A stretch of 64,000 nt of DNA. Origin: an uncultured Pseudomonadota bacterium. GTDB lineage: Bacteria > Pseudomonadota > Alphaproteobacteria > Rs-D84. The position numbers were made by a program, and so were the translations under genes. Below the pieces are notes generated by a model. That model was not told the origin of the DNA and searched no databases. It was given only the letters and a program-made list of their open reading frames with translations. The stretch is taken from the NCBI GenBank assembly GCA_900321105.1, contig OOHL01000004.1, positions 10,995-74,994 on the forward strand. Direction: 5' to 3'. Shown here piece after piece: positions 63,282 to 64,000 of this stretch; position 1 is the first letter of the stretch; each line of letters starts with the position of its first letter.

Positions 63282-64000
63282 TTATCTAACTTTTACAGAA
63301 TCATTATAATTTATTGTTTTTTGTTGTTCTTTGCGCAAAGAATCAAGTGCTTCTTTGATAACTTCTTGCTTAAACTGTTCTTTTGATTTTTTTTCACTTT
63401 TATCAGCAGCCCAAACCAAGCCACCAACAGCCCCAAAAAGCCCAATTATCAAAACAGTTATTTCTAAAATATCTTTATTATCTTGCCACCAATTTTTAGC
63501 TTTCGTTTTCAACGGTAAACTGTGCATTTTGCAAAAATGGGTTAATTCTATTAATTCTTTGCCTATCGAATTTTCGCGACAATATGTTTTATTATTTATT
63601 GTGAAACAGGTTTTATCTCTGCCATCTACTTTTTTAGTTTTGCGGCATATTAAAATATTATCTATTTTTACATTATCAGCATCTACCGTTATATTGTATT
63701 TTTTATAATTTTTTTGTAAATATTGTATATTTTCTAATACTCGGTCATCCGATAATTCTGACCAATCATCTGGAAAGGCAATTTTTCTTGGGGCACGAAC
63801 ATATACAGCGCCACACAATTCACGCATTCTTAAATATTTTTTCCATAATTCCGCATTGATAAAGATTTCGTTTCCATCGATTATGAATCTATCTTTATTC
63901 AAATAAATACTGTGTTCACTCCAGTCACCAGTCCAAGTAATTTTGCCGTTTTTAACAACAACACCTTCATCAATACCGTATTTATACTGTTTTATAAAAC
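63282..64000 (-). CDS. Hypothetical protein with C-terminal TM helix (5' end beyond the window)
   Basis: The frame stays open upstream of the track's TTG start (…FIKQYKYGIDEGVVVKNGKITWTGDWSEHSIYLNKDRF…). The TM helix is ILEITVLIIGLFGAVGGLVWA, followed by a Lys/Glu tail. Confidence 0.5.
   Translation of the reverse strand, partial: FIKQYKYGIDEGVVVKNGKITWTGDWSEHSIYLNKDRFIIDGNEIFINAELWKKYLRMRELCGAVYVRAPRKIAFPDDWSELSDDRVLENIQYLQKNYKKYNITVDADNVKIDNILICRKTKKVDGRDKTCFTINNKTYCRENSIGKELIELTHFCKMHSLPLKTKAKNWWQDNKDILEITVLIIGLFGAVGGLVWAADKSEKKSKEQFKQEVIKEALDSLRKEQQKTINYNDSVKVR

Noticed and set aside
1-64000. Search by eye for CRISPR arrays, rRNA genes, transposases, integrases, phage structural genes and known defence-system signatures
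   Set aside because: I saw no regularly spaced short repeats, no rRNA-like conserved stretches and no DDE or tyrosine-recombinase-like ORFs. The only repeats found are the tRNA-Gln direct repeat, two palindromic elements and the intragenic repeats in the Cys-rich genes. A computational scan could still find items I missed.

Overview
AT-rich (about one third G+C by eye, not computed), very gene-dense bacterial chromosome segment. It most likely comes from a reduced-genome alphaproteobacterium. Support for that: a GapR/DUF2312 protein, a small MerR regulator, and Gram-negative envelope genes (TolC/RND, PagL-like, LspA, YidC).

The backbone is housekeeping:
- yidC (partial), lspA, a Kef-type antiporter, rsmA, recR, a PBP5-SPOR carboxypeptidase and pyk
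- gapR, pyrG, comEC, truA, fmt, def and rmuC
- a marR-tolC-MFP-RND efflux operon
- gyrA, rpmH and valS
- comF and a short dcw block (mraY-ftsW-murG) next to PBP1A
- rpmE, a uvrD-like helicase, dnaQ and rplU-rpmA

There are two tRNAs, Gln-UUG and Glu-CUC. I saw no rRNA, CRISPR array, transposase or integrase.

Four things stand out:
1. 42.9-49.5 kb holds five paralogous polytopic membrane proteins. One is divergent and four are translationally coupled. They look VirB6/TrbL-like, yet no other type IV secretion gene lies in the window. Three of the five carry a conserved CxxC motif.
2. 52.4-62.4 kb holds three very large paralogous secreted proteins with 28, 34 and 36 mature cysteines by my count. 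They are built from C-x6-C units, basic R/S/T-rich linkers and furin/EGF-like C-terminal repeats. A small Cys-rich secreted protein sits nearby. These genes interleave with rplU-rpmA and with GC-rich palindromic elements.
3. A 2.4 kb islet lies between the two tRNAs. It encodes ASCH, HExxH, stand-alone J-domain and His-rich orphan proteins. Beside it is an 86/87-bp direct repeat that duplicates the tRNA-Gln 3' end.
4. Several housekeeping proteins have unusual primary structure: a SuhB-like protein lacking its metal ligands, an L27 with an N-terminal deletion, a short ValRS, and a hairpin-less membrane fusion protein.

All functional calls come from reading the translations by eye. No database search was run.
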